A DNA stretch of 64,000 bases from NCBI GenBank assembly GCA_965226495.1, contig OZ245365.1:736001-800000 (forward strand), written 5' to 3'. The notes under the pieces were generated by a model that saw only the letters and a program-made list of their open reading frames with translations, ran no database searches and was not told the DNA's origin. Positions 50,688 to 62,268 of the stretch are shown here, piece by piece. Every line of letters begins with the position of its first letter. The stretch's first letter is position 1. A program made the translations under genes and the position numbers. Source of the DNA: Candidatus Marinacidobacterales bacterium (GTDB lineage Bacteria > Acidobacteriota > Vicinamibacteria > Marinacidobacterales > DATDRI01).

Positions 50688-52590
50688 CTAATTGATGTAG
50701 CCCAGGCTCCGGAGCCGCTCCCGGGTGGTCTCGTCTTCTAGGATGTCCTCGGTACGACGACTGGCGCGCCCTTGGCGGGCTTCGCCGAGGTAGTTGGCCA
50801 GCTCCCGGCGAAAGGCCTCGATATCAGAGCTCGATCCCGACGCGAGGTTCGTTCGCTCCATCGGATCCTCCATCAAGTCGTAAAGCTCTTCGCTTCGAAC
50901 GTCGCTTTCCTCGGGCTCTCTTCCTGGAGGGCCGGCTATGGTGACGAGGTATTTCAGCTTCTCGGTGCGGATCGACACCTTCCTCGACCACTCCGATGGG
51001 CCTCTCCAGGCGTTCTCGCTGATGAGCCTTCGCCTTGTTCTGGACGCTTTTGTATCGTTCACGAACTGGATGAGGTTGATGCCATCGGTAGGAGGAGGCT
51101 CGACCCCGGCCGCGGCCAAAACAGTGGGGAAGATGTCGACTTGGCTGACCTGAGCGCTCACTCGACCCTTGGGAGATTGTCCAGGCCATTTCACGATCAG
51201 AGGAATACGGATCAGTTCTTCATAAAGTGTTTTGCTGTGTTGCCAATGCCCGTGGTCGAAGAACGCTTCACCGTGATCCGCAGTCAAGATAATGAGCGAT
51301 CGGTCATAGACCCCTCTGGCTTTCAGATCTTCCAAGAGTCGACCCACTGCCTCGTCGGCAGAAGCGATCTCGGCATCGTAGAGCGCCGCCACGCGTTCCG
51401 TCTCCTCTGCGTTACTGGGCGGGTTGTTGTCGACGACTTTGCGCAGCAAGCCGGCGAGATCGGCGGGCCGGGGACCGAAGCGTTCGACGAATTCCTCGGG
51501 CGGCTCGTATGGCCAGTGGGCATCGATGAAGTGAACGAAGAGAAACTGGTCTCGCCCCGCACTGCGTTGCAATAGCTCGATGGCCTGTTCCACGGTCTTC
51601 TCGGCGGGAGCGCGGTGATCCAACCGATAGAGGTCGAACCCTCTTTCGAAGCCGTACGTTTGTGAAAGGTAGGCACCGGTTACCACCGCGTCGGTTTGGT
51701 AACCCGCCTCTGACAGCATCTGTGGGGCATAAGGAATAGACGGTGCGAGCTTCGCCCATTTGCTGCCGTCATGACGAGAAGGGAACAGACCGGTGAAGAT
51801 CGATAGGTGGGAGGGAAGTGTCATCGGAGCCGTCGACACCGCCGTCTCGAACAACACGGCGTCCTTCGCGAAAGCGTCGATGTGGGGGGTCGTGTCACGA
51901 TGGTAGCCGTAGGCGCCGACATGATCGGCGCGAAGACAATCGATGGAGATCAAGACGACACTCGACCTTTTTTCGCAACAACCGGCGCCGCTCAAAATCG
52001 GGCTGCCCCAGAGTGGGACGAGGGTGTCCGTCATCGCGCCTGCGGCGTCCGCCGAGCGAACCCGGGTCTGGAACGTGACGCTTAGCTTCTGCCCCGCCCA
52101 CCGGCTTAGGTCGACGTCCCGAGCGAGCCAACGGTTCCGCTCCGGCCGCTTGATGGTCTCCGAAAAAACGATTTCGGGCTCGGACCCGGTATCGGCGAGA
52201 ATTCGGAATTGAACAGGAGACCAGTTCTCGTTGTCGAGAGTTCCGACCGCGAGGGTCACCTGCATGCTGGGCTCGGCGGGAACGTTGACTGCGAAGCCGA
52301 GCTCGGAAGGCAGCGTCGTCGCGAAGGCGCGCACTGTCTCGTCTCCAAAGGTGACCGAGGCGGTGCTGTTGGGTTCCGACCTCAGTTTGCCAAGTTGAGC
52401 CCGAGTGAACGTTGCATCTATGTTGGGCAGCTCGGCGGCAAAAAACAGCGGGCAGCGGGCTCGTGATGACTTCAGGATCACCGGCAAAAAACCGGGGCGG
52501 GCTCGTGATGACTTCAGGATCGCAAGCGCCGTGAAGAATAACTAGGATGGAGATCCCTGCCAGCCACCGGCCAAGCCGAATAATATGCAT
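50688..52590 (-). pseudogene. Sulfatase-fold (Thr-type) lipoprotein; signal peptide out of frame at a duplication at 52436-52521
   Basis: ORF 51895-52590 gives the lipoprotein signal (ILHGAC-DPEVITSP..). ORF 50688-52487 gives the body (DCLRADH, MTLPSH, LRSLGYIN). Confidence 0.8.
52436..52521. repeat. Imperfect tandem duplication (44 bp + 40 bp)
   Basis: CGGCAAAAAAC..GCGGGCTCGTGATGACTTCAGGATC occurs at 52436-52479 and 52482-52521. Confidence 0.9.
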
Positions 52591-52598
52591 GAGACACT

Positions 52599-53468
52599 TC
52601 AGCGCTGTGGCTTGGTAGGCTTGGCGTCGCCATACTCGTAGACGCCTTTGCCTACCTTGCGGCCGAGCCGACCGGCCTTTACGTACTGAACCAAAAGAGG
52701 GGCGGGGCGATACTTCTCTCCCAGTCGTTCGTGGAGGTAGCTCAGCACACCCAGCCGGACGTCGAGACCAACCAGGTCCACCATCTCGAATGGGCCCATC
52801 GGATGATTGAGTCCAAGCTTGAGTGCTTTATCGATGTCCTCCGCACTTGCCACGCCGTCTTCCAACATATAGAACGCTTCGTTGCCGATGAGAGCGTTGA
52901 CGCGGCTGGTCACGAAACCCGGTGACTCACGGATATCGACCGTTTCCTTGCCCATCTTGTGAGCGACGTCTTCCACGACCTTGAAGGCCTTCTCTCCCGT
53001 CTCGAGGCCGCGGACGATTTCCACGAGCTTCATTTTGGGTACCGGGTTGAAGAAGTGCATCCCGACGACCCGAGACGGATCGTTGGTTGCAGCGGCGATC
53101 TCGGTAATGCTCAGCGAGGAGCTATTTGTCGCCAGGACGGTTTCGGGCGAAGTGGCCTTGTCGAGTCGACCGAAGATCTTGCATTTGAGGGCGATGTCTT
53201 CCGGGACCGCCTCGATCACCAATCCCGCCCCCTCCACCGCCACGGTCAAGTCTTGCTCCAACTCGAGTCGCCCGATGACGGCCTTCTTATCTTCGGCTTG
53301 GATCTTACCCCGCTCGATGCCGGCGTCCAAGAAGTCGGTGATGGTGCGTAGCGCCCGATCCAGGAATTCGGTCGAGATGTCGTTGATGACGGTGTCGAGG
53401 CCGGCAACCGCGGAGGCGTAGGCGATGCCGCTTCCCATCGTTCCCGTACCCACAACGGTGACAATCAT
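52599..53468 (-). CDS. 3-hydroxyacyl(butyryl)-CoA dehydrogenase
   Basis: VVGTGTMGSGIA, IEAVPE, GMHFFNP and HPMGPFEMVDLVGLD. Confidence 0.93.
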   Translation of the reverse strand: MIVTVVGTGTMGSGIAYASAVAGLDTVINDISTEFLDRALRTITDFLDAGIERGKIQAEDKKAVIGRLELEQDLTVAVEGAGLVIEAVPEDIALKCKIFGRLDKATSPETVLATNSSSLSITEIAAATNDPSRVVGMHFFNPVPKMKLVEIVRGLETGEKAFKVVEDVAHKMGKETVDIRESPGFVTSRVNALIGNEAFYMLEDGVASAEDIDKALKLGLNHPMGPFEMVDLVGLDVRLGVLSYLHERLGEKYRPAPLLVQYVKAGRLGRKVGKGVYEYGDAKPTKPQR

Positions 53469-55093
53469 GGCCCCTGCTCCTCTTCTATGTCCGGTCTGTC
53501 AGGTTCCTCAGCTGGGCGCTCATTATATCTCTCCAGGCTCTCTTGCCGATCGGCGAGCTCTTGCGGTGAGCCATGAGGAAAGGCGAGGGAAATGAAGAAC
53601 GCGAGGGAGGCAATCACGACGCCGATGACGAAGACTCCTTGCAACGAATCGCTTAGTGCACCACGCAGCCAGAGGGTCGCTTCCGGTGATAGGGCCTGCC
53701 GGGTCGCTTCGTTGACGATGGAGTCCGGGTGGGCTGCGAGGTTGACCAGAGTCGGGTCGCTCGTGCCTTCGAGGTTGGCGTTCATCCGATAACTCATCAT
53801 CGATCCCATGATGGCCACACCGATTGCGCCACCGATGGTGCGAAAAAACAGCTGGGCGGATGTCGCGATCCCGAGAAGTGCTCGTGGAACGGTATTCTGG
53901 ACGGCGAGCATCATCGTTACCATCGAGAGCCCCATGCCGACTCCAAGCACCGCCATTGACGGCAAGAGCTCCACGTAGGAGCTCTCGATTCCGAGCTGGG
54001 TCAGCCAAAGAAAACCCGCGGCGAAAAAACCCATACCGGTGATGATGAGCGGCCGGTAACCCAGTCGAAGGATGACGGGGCCGGCAATGGTGGACAGGAT
54101 GACCCAGGCGAGCATGAGAGGGGACAGGGCAGAGCCGGCACGCGTTGCCGAACCGAACATGACTCCTTGCACGAACAGGGGAATGAATGAGATGGAGCCG
54201 AAGAACCCCATACCGGCGAGAAGTCCGACCACCGAGCTGACGCGAAATACTTTGTTCCGGAACAGGGCTATCGGCAGCACCGGTTCTTTCGCTTGCCGCT
54301 CGCACCTCACGAACGCAAAGAACAATCCGACCGAGACCGCGAGTAGCACCAACAGATCGGTCTCGAGGATGGAGCCGCGCCTTCCAGCCTGAATCAGCGC
54401 GAGCAGTAGTGAAGTCACCGAGGCGGAAAGCAGGCCCACTCCCCGGTAGTCGATGGAGTGGCTGGATCGCAGGTGTGGCGGCTCGGTCAGGTTGGCGCCG
54501 ATGAGAGCTGCCGCGGCGATGCCGAACGGTATATTGAGATAGAAAACCCAGCGCCATGACAGCAGGTCGGTGATAATCCCGCCCGCCAGCGGGCCAGCGA
54601 TACTCGCGACCCCCCAAACGGCGCTGAAGATCCCTTGCATCTTCGCGCGCTGTCGAAGCGAATAGATCTCACCGATGACGGTGAATCCGATCGGGAAGAC
54701 ACCTCCGCTGCCAAGTCCTTGAACTGCCCGGGCAAAAATAAGAAACGTCATCGAGCGAGCTTGCCCGCAGAGTGCGGAGCCCAAAATGAACAGCCCGATA
54801 CTGATGAGGTAGGTGTTTCGTCGGCCATGCAGGTCCGAGAGTTTTCCCCAGATCGGTACGGTGACTGTGAACGTAAGAAGGTAGACAGAGAAGACCCAGC
54901 TATAGATGTCCAATCCACCCAAGCTCGACACGACCGTGGGCATGGCGGTAGCGACCACCGTCTGCTCGATGGCAGCGAGAAAGAGCCCCATGATGATGCC
55001 GATGGTGACGGCCGTGCGCTGGCGAACGGGCAGGGGATTGCCGGCTTCGAGTCTCGACGAAACGGCGGCCTCTGGGATCTTTTCGGTTGCCAT
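53465..55093 (-). CDS. MFS drug:H+ antiporter (DHA2/MDR, 14 TM)
   Basis: EQTVVATAMPT, WGKLSDLHGRR, ARAVQGLG and SWRWVFYLNIPFG. Confidence 0.92.
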   Translation of the reverse strand: MATEKIPEAAVSSRLEAGNPLPVRQRTAVTIGIIMGLFLAAIEQTVVATAMPTVVSSLGGLDIYSWVFSVYLLTFTVTVPIWGKLSDLHGRRNTYLISIGLFILGSALCGQARSMTFLIFARAVQGLGSGGVFPIGFTVIGEIYSLRQRAKMQGIFSAVWGVASIAGPLAGGIITDLLSWRWVFYLNIPFGIAAAALIGANLTEPPHLRSSHSIDYRGVGLLSASVTSLLLALIQAGRRGSILETDLLVLLAVSVGLFFAFVRCERQAKEPVLPIALFRNKVFRVSSVVGLLAGMGFFGSISFIPLFVQGVMFGSATRAGSALSPLMLAWVILSTIAGPVILRLGYRPLIITGMGFFAAGFLWLTQLGIESSYVELLPSMAVLGVGMGLSMVTMMLAVQNTVPRALLGIATSAQLFFRTIGGAIGVAIMGSMMSYRMNANLEGTSDPTLVNLAAHPDSIVNEATRQALSPEATLWLRGALSDSLQGVFVIGVVIASLAFFISLAFPHGSPQELADRQESLERYNERPAEEPDRPDIEEEQGP

Positions 55094-55133
55094 TAGTCGT
55101 CTTCGAGGGCCACGGTTTTAACGCCGCGGTATA

Positions 55134-56186
<1,053 letters not shown>

Positions 56187-56244
56187 AGCTCACTTCGCTT
56201 GGGGTCCAAGTCTTTGGGGGCCTCACTCATTTAATTAATCGCCT

Positions 56245-56425
56245 GGGGCCCCACCCCCAGGCGCCGCGCTTCGTCGGCAACCGACTGCGCGCGGGCTGAA
56301 GGCTCTCGGCCCCCCGTGTTCATGAAACCGGATGGCTTTTATCGTCATAATTTGGTGCGCGCGGGGCCCCACCCCCAGGCGTCGCGCTTCGTCGGCAAGC
56401 GACTCGGCGCGAGCTGAAGGCTCTC
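56245..56425. repeat. Two copies of the GGGGCCCCACCCCCA-type repeat flanking a duplicated 44-bp gene start
   Basis: 56245-56307 matches 56363-56425; 56306-56349 matches 56144-56187 with 1 mismatch. Confidence 0.85.
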
Positions 56426-56460
56426 CGGGCGGAGAGCCTTCGCCCGCCCTAGTGCGGGCG
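56416..56460. other. Tandem GC-rich hairpins (GAAGGCTCTCCG-GG-CGGAGAGCCTTC; CGCCCGC..GCGGGCG)
   Basis: A perfect 12-bp inverted repeat followed by a 7-bp inverted repeat in a divergent intergenic region. Confidence 0.6.
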
Positions 56461-56489
56461 CAGCTTATGCTATCCTCGAATTCGTTTCC

Positions 56490-57920
56490 ATGCTAGACGT
56501 CGCGCCTAAGCGAAGCTCCTGGGTTTATTTGTGGGCTGCTGCAGTTTTCTTCGTTAGCCTGTTCATCGCCAGATTGTTGGGGATTCGTTTTGCCGCCAAC
56601 GGGATCGAATTTTTGTACCAATATCTCGATCCACAGATCCTCCGTGAGGATCTCTTGCGCGGCCTGTACTACCTCCACGCGCAGCCGCCGCTCTTCAATC
56701 TTTTCCTGGGCGTCGTTATGAAGTTGTTTCCCGAAGCGACATCCTCGGCGTTCGCCGTCCTCTACGTGGCGATGTCCCTTGGTTTGCTTGTGACTCTAGT
56801 CTGGCTGATGCGACGCTTGGGCATGTCAGATCTGTTGATCGCCATCCTCATCCCCTTGTTCGCATGGACACCGAACTTCCTGGTTTATAGTCATTGGGTC
56901 TTCTATACCCTTCCGGTTTCCCTGCTCGTCCTCGGGATGGCGGCCTTGTTGATGGCGTACATCGACTCCGGGAAGCAGTGGCTGGTCCATCTCTTCTCTT
57001 GGACCGCGGCGGTGCTGATGCTGACCCGCGCGCTCTACCACCCGTTGTGGTTCGTCGCGATGGTGGTCGGAGTTTCCCTTTTGCTGCAAGGCGAGAAACG
57101 AAAAGCGCTCCTAGTCTCGGCGATCGCGCCGCTGCTGGTAGTGAATCTTGTGTACCTCAAGAACTATGTCCAAGTCGGGAGCTATGGCGGTAGCTCCTGG
57201 TTAGGGATGAACTTGGCGAAGCGGTGGCCGCTCTCGCAGGCCAAGATGGCGACACTACGAGGGCAGGGGCATCTGCCACCGGTCTGGCACCGGCGTCCGT
57301 TCCGGGAGCCGGACGATCTTCGACACCTTGGCTATTTCGCACCCGGAAACATGGTCCACCCGGCGCTCGATGAGCCATACAAAACGAACGGCGAACCCAA
57401 CTTCAATCATCGAGACTACGCCGCAATTTCCCAAGAGATGCAGCGCGCCGACGCCTTTCTCATTCTTCATTATCCGGGACGGTACTTGCAGCGCAGCGTC
57501 ACTGCGTTCCTTCTTTATCTCCAGCCCGGACCCAACGCCGTGGATTTCTTGGTCGACTATGACTTCTCTCGGGTTCATCGTTTGCGGGATGCTCTGACTC
57601 GAACGTTATTTCTAGGTGGGCCGATCCAGAGGCCCATCCGCATGCTCGCGCCTCCGGTCAACCTTTGGTTGTTGATCTTCCCTGCGTTAGTCGGCTTCGG
57701 TCTTTACCGCGTCTTCCGGGGTGAAGCCTCGCAACGTCCCGCCTTCGCCTACGCCGTGATGACGATCTTGTGGGTGACATTGACTTCGAATCTCATCGAG
57801 ATCGGAGAGAACGATCGAATGCGTTGGGAGGTGGAGCCGCTTCTCACGCTGCTCCTCGGGAGCGCGGTGATGTCTGTTTATTCGAGGCTCACTTCTTCCG
57901 GGGCGGCTGGAAAGGCCTGA
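56490..57920 (+). CDS. Multi-TM membrane protein, GT-C-like
   Basis: YLHAQPPLFNLFLG first loop, about 10 TMs, a periplasmic insert and C-terminal GENDRMRWEVEP. Confidence 0.65.
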   Translation: MLDVAPKRSSWVYLWAAAVFFVSLFIARLLGIRFAANGIEFLYQYLDPQILREDLLRGLYYLHAQPPLFNLFLGVVMKLFPEATSSAFAVLYVAMSLGLLVTLVWLMRRLGMSDLLIAILIPLFAWTPNFLVYSHWVFYTLPVSLLVLGMAALLMAYIDSGKQWLVHLFSWTAAVLMLTRALYHPLWFVAMVVGVSLLLQGEKRKALLVSAIAPLLVVNLVYLKNYVQVGSYGGSSWLGMNLAKRWPLSQAKMATLRGQGHLPPVWHRRPFREPDDLRHLGYFAPGNMVHPALDEPYKTNGEPNFNHRDYAAISQEMQRADAFLILHYPGRYLQRSVTAFLLYLQPGPNAVDFLVDYDFSRVHRLRDALTRTLFLGGPIQRPIRMLAPPVNLWLLIFPALVGFGLYRVFRGEASQRPAFAYAVMTILWVTLTSNLIEIGENDRMRWEVEPLLTLLLGSAVMSVYSRLTSSGAAGKA

Positions 57921-58611
57921 GCTCCACACGGCTGGGGAGGGAACGTTTCTCGTGGGCCAGTAGATCCATCACGACTCGGGCCACGTCGTCCGAGGCCAGC
58001 TTCCAGCTGTCTTGCTCGGAGGGCTCTCGCCCCGCGAACTCGGTGGCGACGCTTCCGGGCATGATGTAGCTGACTTTGATGTTCTCGTAGCGGAGGTCGA
58101 GCATCAAGGCTTCGCTGAAACCTTCGAGCCCGAACTTCGAAGCGTTGTAGGCGGTGCCGTGATTGAAGGCGTTCTTGCCGGCGAGACTACTAATATTGAG
58201 GATGTATCCTCCGCCCCGCTTCCGTAGATGCGGAATGGCGGCGTGACAGCAATAGAAAACCCCGGTCAGGTTGGTGTCAATGACTTGATCCCATTGTTCT
58301 GGTGGCAGGTCAGCGACGTGCCCAAAGATTCCGACGCCGGCGTTATTGACGAGGATGTCCAGTCCTCCCCAACTCTCCTCGGCAAAACGCATTAGGGACT
58401 CCGCATCGGCATACCTTCGGACGTCGCACGCCGTGCCGCGAGCTTCGAGACCGGCGTGTGTCATTTCCCCGACCGCCCTCTCGACATCAGTGGCGGTCCG
58501 TGCCGAGACGACTACCCGGGCACCTTCGCGAGCTAGAGATTCGGCGATCGCTCTTCCAATGCCACGGCTCGAGCCGGTGACGACGGCAACTTTATCTTTG
58601 ACGGAGCTCAT
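57889..58611 (-). CDS. Short-chain dehydrogenase/reductase
   Basis: TGSSRGIG, LVNNAG, ISSLAG and YNASK. Confidence 0.93.
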   Translation of the reverse strand: MSSVKDKVAVVTGSSRGIGRAIAESLAREGARVVVSARTATDVERAVGEMTHAGLEARGTACDVRRYADAESLMRFAEESWGGLDILVNNAGVGIFGHVADLPPEQWDQVIDTNLTGVFYCCHAAIPHLRKRGGGYILNISSLAGKNAFNHGTAYNASKFGLEGFSEALMLDLRYENIKVSYIMPGSVATEFAGREPSEQDSWKLASDDVARVVMDLLAHEKRSLPSRVELRPFQPPRKK

Positions 58612-58660
58612 ATCTGAAGGTTTCTTAACTAAAAGGAGCCGCGTTTTCAACCAAGGCGCG

Positions 58661-59596
58661 CTACATCCCGAAGTCAGCGATGGCAGAGGGGGCGGGGCGT
58701 TTCACGCGCAGTCCATTTGTTCTTTTGCCGCCGAGTAACGTCGAGTAGTCTCTGCGGTCTTTGACCGACAGCACCCATTTTTCGAGCCAGGACAGAAACT
58801 CTTCCCGCGTCCGGCTCTCCTCATGGTACTCGGTATAGTGGGCGTGGTCTCGGCCGTAATAGCCTTGACACGGAGACGGGTGAGAGCCCATTGGTTCGTG
58901 CACGACCGCGCCGACAAGGAACCCGGGGATGATAGTTCGGTTCGGGTCACTGGCGATAACATCCGAAGAGACGATTTCCTCGGCGACCACAACGGCCGTC
59001 TTTGCCGCGCGTGCCGCATCCGGAACGACGCCGAGGTTGCCCCAGAGGTGAGCGTTGCCATCCCGGTCCGCACGTTGCACCGGTAGAATCGCGACATCTG
59101 GTGCCAGCGCCTGGACCGCCACCATGCGGTCCCCGGTGAAGGGACAAACGATCGGCTCCAATCCGGCGTTCGCGTTCGCGATCTCCGTGCCCAATGTCGA
59201 AAAGGTCGGAAGGAATGGTACGCCGAGAGCGGCCGCGTGCAGCGCGAGGGCCAGCGTGAAGTTCGAGTGGTCCACGATTTCAATGGCGGCAGGTATCGAC
59301 TCTTCCGCCGCGCGACGCAGGTTGTACCCGGAGCCAGACGAGACGTTGCCGATCCAGGCGGCGACCAACTTTCGCGCGACTCCTGCCCCGACGAGCTGAT
59401 CGAAGAGCACGTCGGAAATCGGCGCCACTAAGGTGAGCTCGCGTCGCTTCTGCCGGATGACCTCGTGTCCTGCCGAGAAAGGGATCTGCGCCTCGAGAGC
59501 CGCACCCATGAGGACCGTGGAGCCATTCGGAATCCAGCGTTCCACCGCCTCGCGCATCGTGACGAGCTTGGATTGGTTGGCTTTGCTTTCGGGCAC
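58661..59596 (-). CDS. Family I CoA-transferase subunit A (glutaconate/3-oxoadipate type)
   Basis: AAALGVPFLP, CPFTG, PDVAILPVQRADRDGN and GSHPS. Confidence 0.88.
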   Translation of the reverse strand: MPESKANQSKLVTMREAVERWIPNGSTVLMGAALEAQIPFSAGHEVIRQKRRELTLVAPISDVLFDQLVGAGVARKLVAAWIGNVSSGSGYNLRRAAEESIPAAIEIVDHSNFTLALALHAAALGVPFLPTFSTLGTEIANANAGLEPIVCPFTGDRMVAVQALAPDVAILPVQRADRDGNAHLWGNLGVVPDAARAAKTAVVVAEEIVSSDVIASDPNRTIIPGFLVGAVVHEPMGSHPSPCQGYYGRDHAHYTEYHEESRTREEFLSWLEKWVLSVKDRRDYSTLLGGKRTNGLRVKRPAPSAIADFGM

Positions 59597-59600
59597 GGGT

Positions 59601-60371
59601 TCAGCCTTCCTTTTTACGTAACCAAAATCCGTCAGGATCGAAACTTCTCAATACCGAGAGCTCTTCTTCGCTCGGGAGCGGTGTCTCGTGGAGATCGTCC
59701 GCGAATCGAAGCGGCCAACCTGTCAAGGATGCGATCTCGTCGGTTGAGAATCCGGGATGATAGGACTGAAGCTCCGCCTCCTTGGTTTCTGGATGGAATC
59801 TCAAGACCGCGCGGTCGGTGATGACGGCCGCGGGCCCTCCGCGGGGGAGTCCGACGTTTTCCCTCCACCGCCCACCCGTGCCGTAGCCCGGTGACGTCAG
59901 ATGATCCACCCGCTCGGGGAATCGTCGGCGCTGGTGAGCCACTACCACCACCAGCCGTTCGGCGAGCGACGCGATATCCGAGGCGCCGCCGCTCCCCGGC
60001 AGGCGCGTCCACTTTCCATTGGCGTCCTGCGCTCGGGTTGAGTTGAGATTCCCGAAGCGGTCAACCTGCGCGGCGCCCACGAACCCCAGTCCTACTCGAC
60101 CCGACTGAAGCAGACCCATGACCTCCATCAGATCCGTCGCTCGGGTTGCCCCCAAAACGTTCGGAGGGTCGCTCATGGTGTAGAGCATCTCGGCGGCAGC
60201 CTTAGTCCGGATCAGCCCGTTCTCGTAGAGTCCCACCGCTCTGGGCGCGTGAGTGGCTTGAGCTAGCAGAAAAGACAGTAGGGGCAGCCGCATGCCCACG
60301 AAGACGAGCTCTTGATCGCGGATCGCGCGGGCTGCGACCGTGACCATGAGCTCCATCGGGCTGGGAGTCAT
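59601..60371 (-). CDS. Family I CoA-transferase subunit B
   Basis: FVGMRLP, YENG (catalytic Glu), GAAQVDRFGNLNST, LPGSGGASD and HLTSPG. Confidence 0.88.
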   Translation of the reverse strand: MTPSPMELMVTVAARAIRDQELVFVGMRLPLLSFLLAQATHAPRAVGLYENGLIRTKAAAEMLYTMSDPPNVLGATRATDLMEVMGLLQSGRVGLGFVGAAQVDRFGNLNSTRAQDANGKWTRLPGSGGASDIASLAERLVVVVAHQRRRFPERVDHLTSPGYGTGGRWRENVGLPRGGPAAVITDRAVLRFHPETKEAELQSYHPGFSTDEIASLTGWPLRFADDLHETPLPSEEELSVLRSFDPDGFWLRKKEG

Positions 60372-60509
60372 GCCGGCGATGCTAGACCCGATTGTGTCAG
60401 GATCCAAGCGACGCGAAGCGTACCATCCAAATCACCGACGTACTTTCGGTTGGAAAGGGGTAGAATATGGAATCCCGGACGGGGACGAAAAAGCGGAGGA
60501 AATGGGCGG

Positions 60510-61799
60510 ATGAGCAGTGATTCTCTCACGATTACCGACAATCGGACCGGCAAGACCTACGAAGTTCCCATCGAGAACGACACGATACGGGCCATAGATC
60601 TCCGAAATATCAAGGTCGCAGACGGCGACTTTGGAATGATGAGCTATGACCCGGCGTTCCTGAACACCGCGTCTTGCAAGAGCCGTATCACCTTCATCGA
60701 CGGTGACAAGGGTATTCTCCGTTACCGCGGATATCCCATCGAGCAGTTAGCGGAAAAATCGAACTACATGGAAGTCTCTTATCTCATCATCAACGGCGAG
60801 CTTCCCACGAAGCAGCAGTACAAGGAGTGGGTTTTCAACATCACTCACCACACCATCATTCACGAGAACATGAAGAAGGTGTTGGATGGGTTCCATCATG
60901 ACGCCCACCCGATGGGGATGTTAGTGAGCACGGTGGCGGCGCTGTCCACTTTCTATCCTAACGCCCGTCGGGTCCTGGACGCCGATAACCGCCGCAAGCA
61001 GACCTATCGCCTCATCGCCAAGACGCCCACGCTCGCAGCCTACGCCTACCGGCACAGCGTGGGTATGCCCTACACGCCGCCCGACAACGAACTTTCGTAT
61101 TCTGGGAACTTGTTGAACATGATGTTTCGCATGACGGAGCCGAAGTACAAGCCGAACCCGGTTCTGGAAAGGGCGTTGGACGTTTTGTTCATTCTCCATG
61201 CCGACCACGAGCAAAACTGCAGCACTAGCGCGATGCGAGCCGTGGGCAGCTCGCAGGTCGATGCCTATTCAGCCACGGCGGCAGCGGCCGCGGCACTTTA
61301 CGGTCCGCTTCATGGCGGGGCCAACGAAGCAGTGCTGCGCATGCTGGCGGAAATCGAGAGCGTCGACAAAATCCCGGCCTACATCAAGAAAGTGAAGGAC
61401 GGTGACGTCCGTTTGATGGGTTTTGGCCACCGTGTCTACAAGAGCTACGATCCGCGAGCAAAAATTATTAAGAAAGTTGCCGATCAAGTTTTCGAGGTCA
61501 CCGGACGCAATCCACAACTCGACATTGCCATGGAGCTCGAGCGGATCGCTCTCGAGGACGACTACTTCGTCAAGAGAAGGCTGTACCCGAACGTCGATTT
61601 CTACTCGGGAATCATCTATCAGGCGATGGGTTTTCCGTTGGACATGTTCCCGGTCCTCTTCGCGATTCCTCGCACCTCCGGGTGGCTCGCGCAGTGGGAG
61701 GAGATGCTTACCGATCCCGAGCAGAGGATCGCTCGGCCCCGCCAGGTTTACCTAGGCTCTGGAGAGAGAAACTTCGTTCCAATAGAGAAACGCGGATAG
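60510..61799 (+). CDS. gltA: Citrate synthase
   Basis: YDPAFLNTASC, LHADHEQNCST, GPLHGGANE, GFGHRVYK and YPNVDFYSG. GGAGGA RBS nearby. Confidence 0.97.
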   Translation: MSSDSLTITDNRTGKTYEVPIENDTIRAIDLRNIKVADGDFGMMSYDPAFLNTASCKSRITFIDGDKGILRYRGYPIEQLAEKSNYMEVSYLIINGELPTKQQYKEWVFNITHHTIIHENMKKVLDGFHHDAHPMGMLVSTVAALSTFYPNARRVLDADNRRKQTYRLIAKTPTLAAYAYRHSVGMPYTPPDNELSYSGNLLNMMFRMTEPKYKPNPVLERALDVLFILHADHEQNCSTSAMRAVGSSQVDAYSATAAAAAALYGPLHGGANEAVLRMLAEIESVDKIPAYIKKVKDGDVRLMGFGHRVYKSYDPRAKIIKKVADQVFEVTGRNPQLDIAMELERIALEDDYFVKRRLYPNVDFYSGIIYQAMGFPLDMFPVLFAIPRTSGWLAQWEEMLTDPEQRIARPRQVYLGSGERNFVPIEKRG

Positions 61800-61851
61800 G
61801 TCTTACACTGCGATCCGAAGCGCCTGCGCTCAAGCTGACAAGAGGTCCGAT

Positions 61852-62268
61852 ATGAAGCGACTGTTGTTTTCCCTGTTGATTCCGATGCTATGCGTTTCCT
61901 GCAGCACCGCGACCAGTGTGGAAGAGCTTGCTGCGATGCAAGGTGAGTGGCGGCTTCAGAGGTTCCAAATCGGTGACGGAGGTGTCGTCAACGTACCCGT
62001 TCCCGCGAGATACACGGCACGCTTCGAACCCGACGGAACCGTAAATTTTCAGGTCGACTGCAATGGTTGCTCGGGGAGTTACACGACGGAAGGCGACGCC
62101 ATTACCATTGACCCGCTCTTGCGGTGCACCCTTGCCGCGTGCCTGCCGGGGTCGTTGTCTAACCAGTATCTGCAGGGTCTTCTGAACGCCCAGACCTGGC
62201 AGCGGTCCGGCGCATCGCTGGTACTGAGCGCACCGGGCGAGGAGCTCGTTTTCCTGGTAGCAGACTAA
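61852..62268 (+). CDS. META-domain (HslJ-like) lipoprotein
   Basis: Lipobox CVSC, DCNGCSGSY and TLAAC. Confidence 0.82.
   Translation: MKRLLFSLLIPMLCVSCSTATSVEELAAMQGEWRLQRFQIGDGGVVNVPVPARYTARFEPDGTVNFQVDCNGCSGSYTTEGDAITIDPLLRCTLAACLPGSLSNQYLQGLLNAQTWQRSGASLVLSAPGEELVFLVAD

Noticed and set aside
44219-52590. Calling the array a sulfated-polysaccharide degradation locus
   Set aside because: There is no C/S-x-P-x-R motif, no formylglycine-generating enzyme, no glycoside hydrolase and no TonB receptor; the context is biosynthetic.
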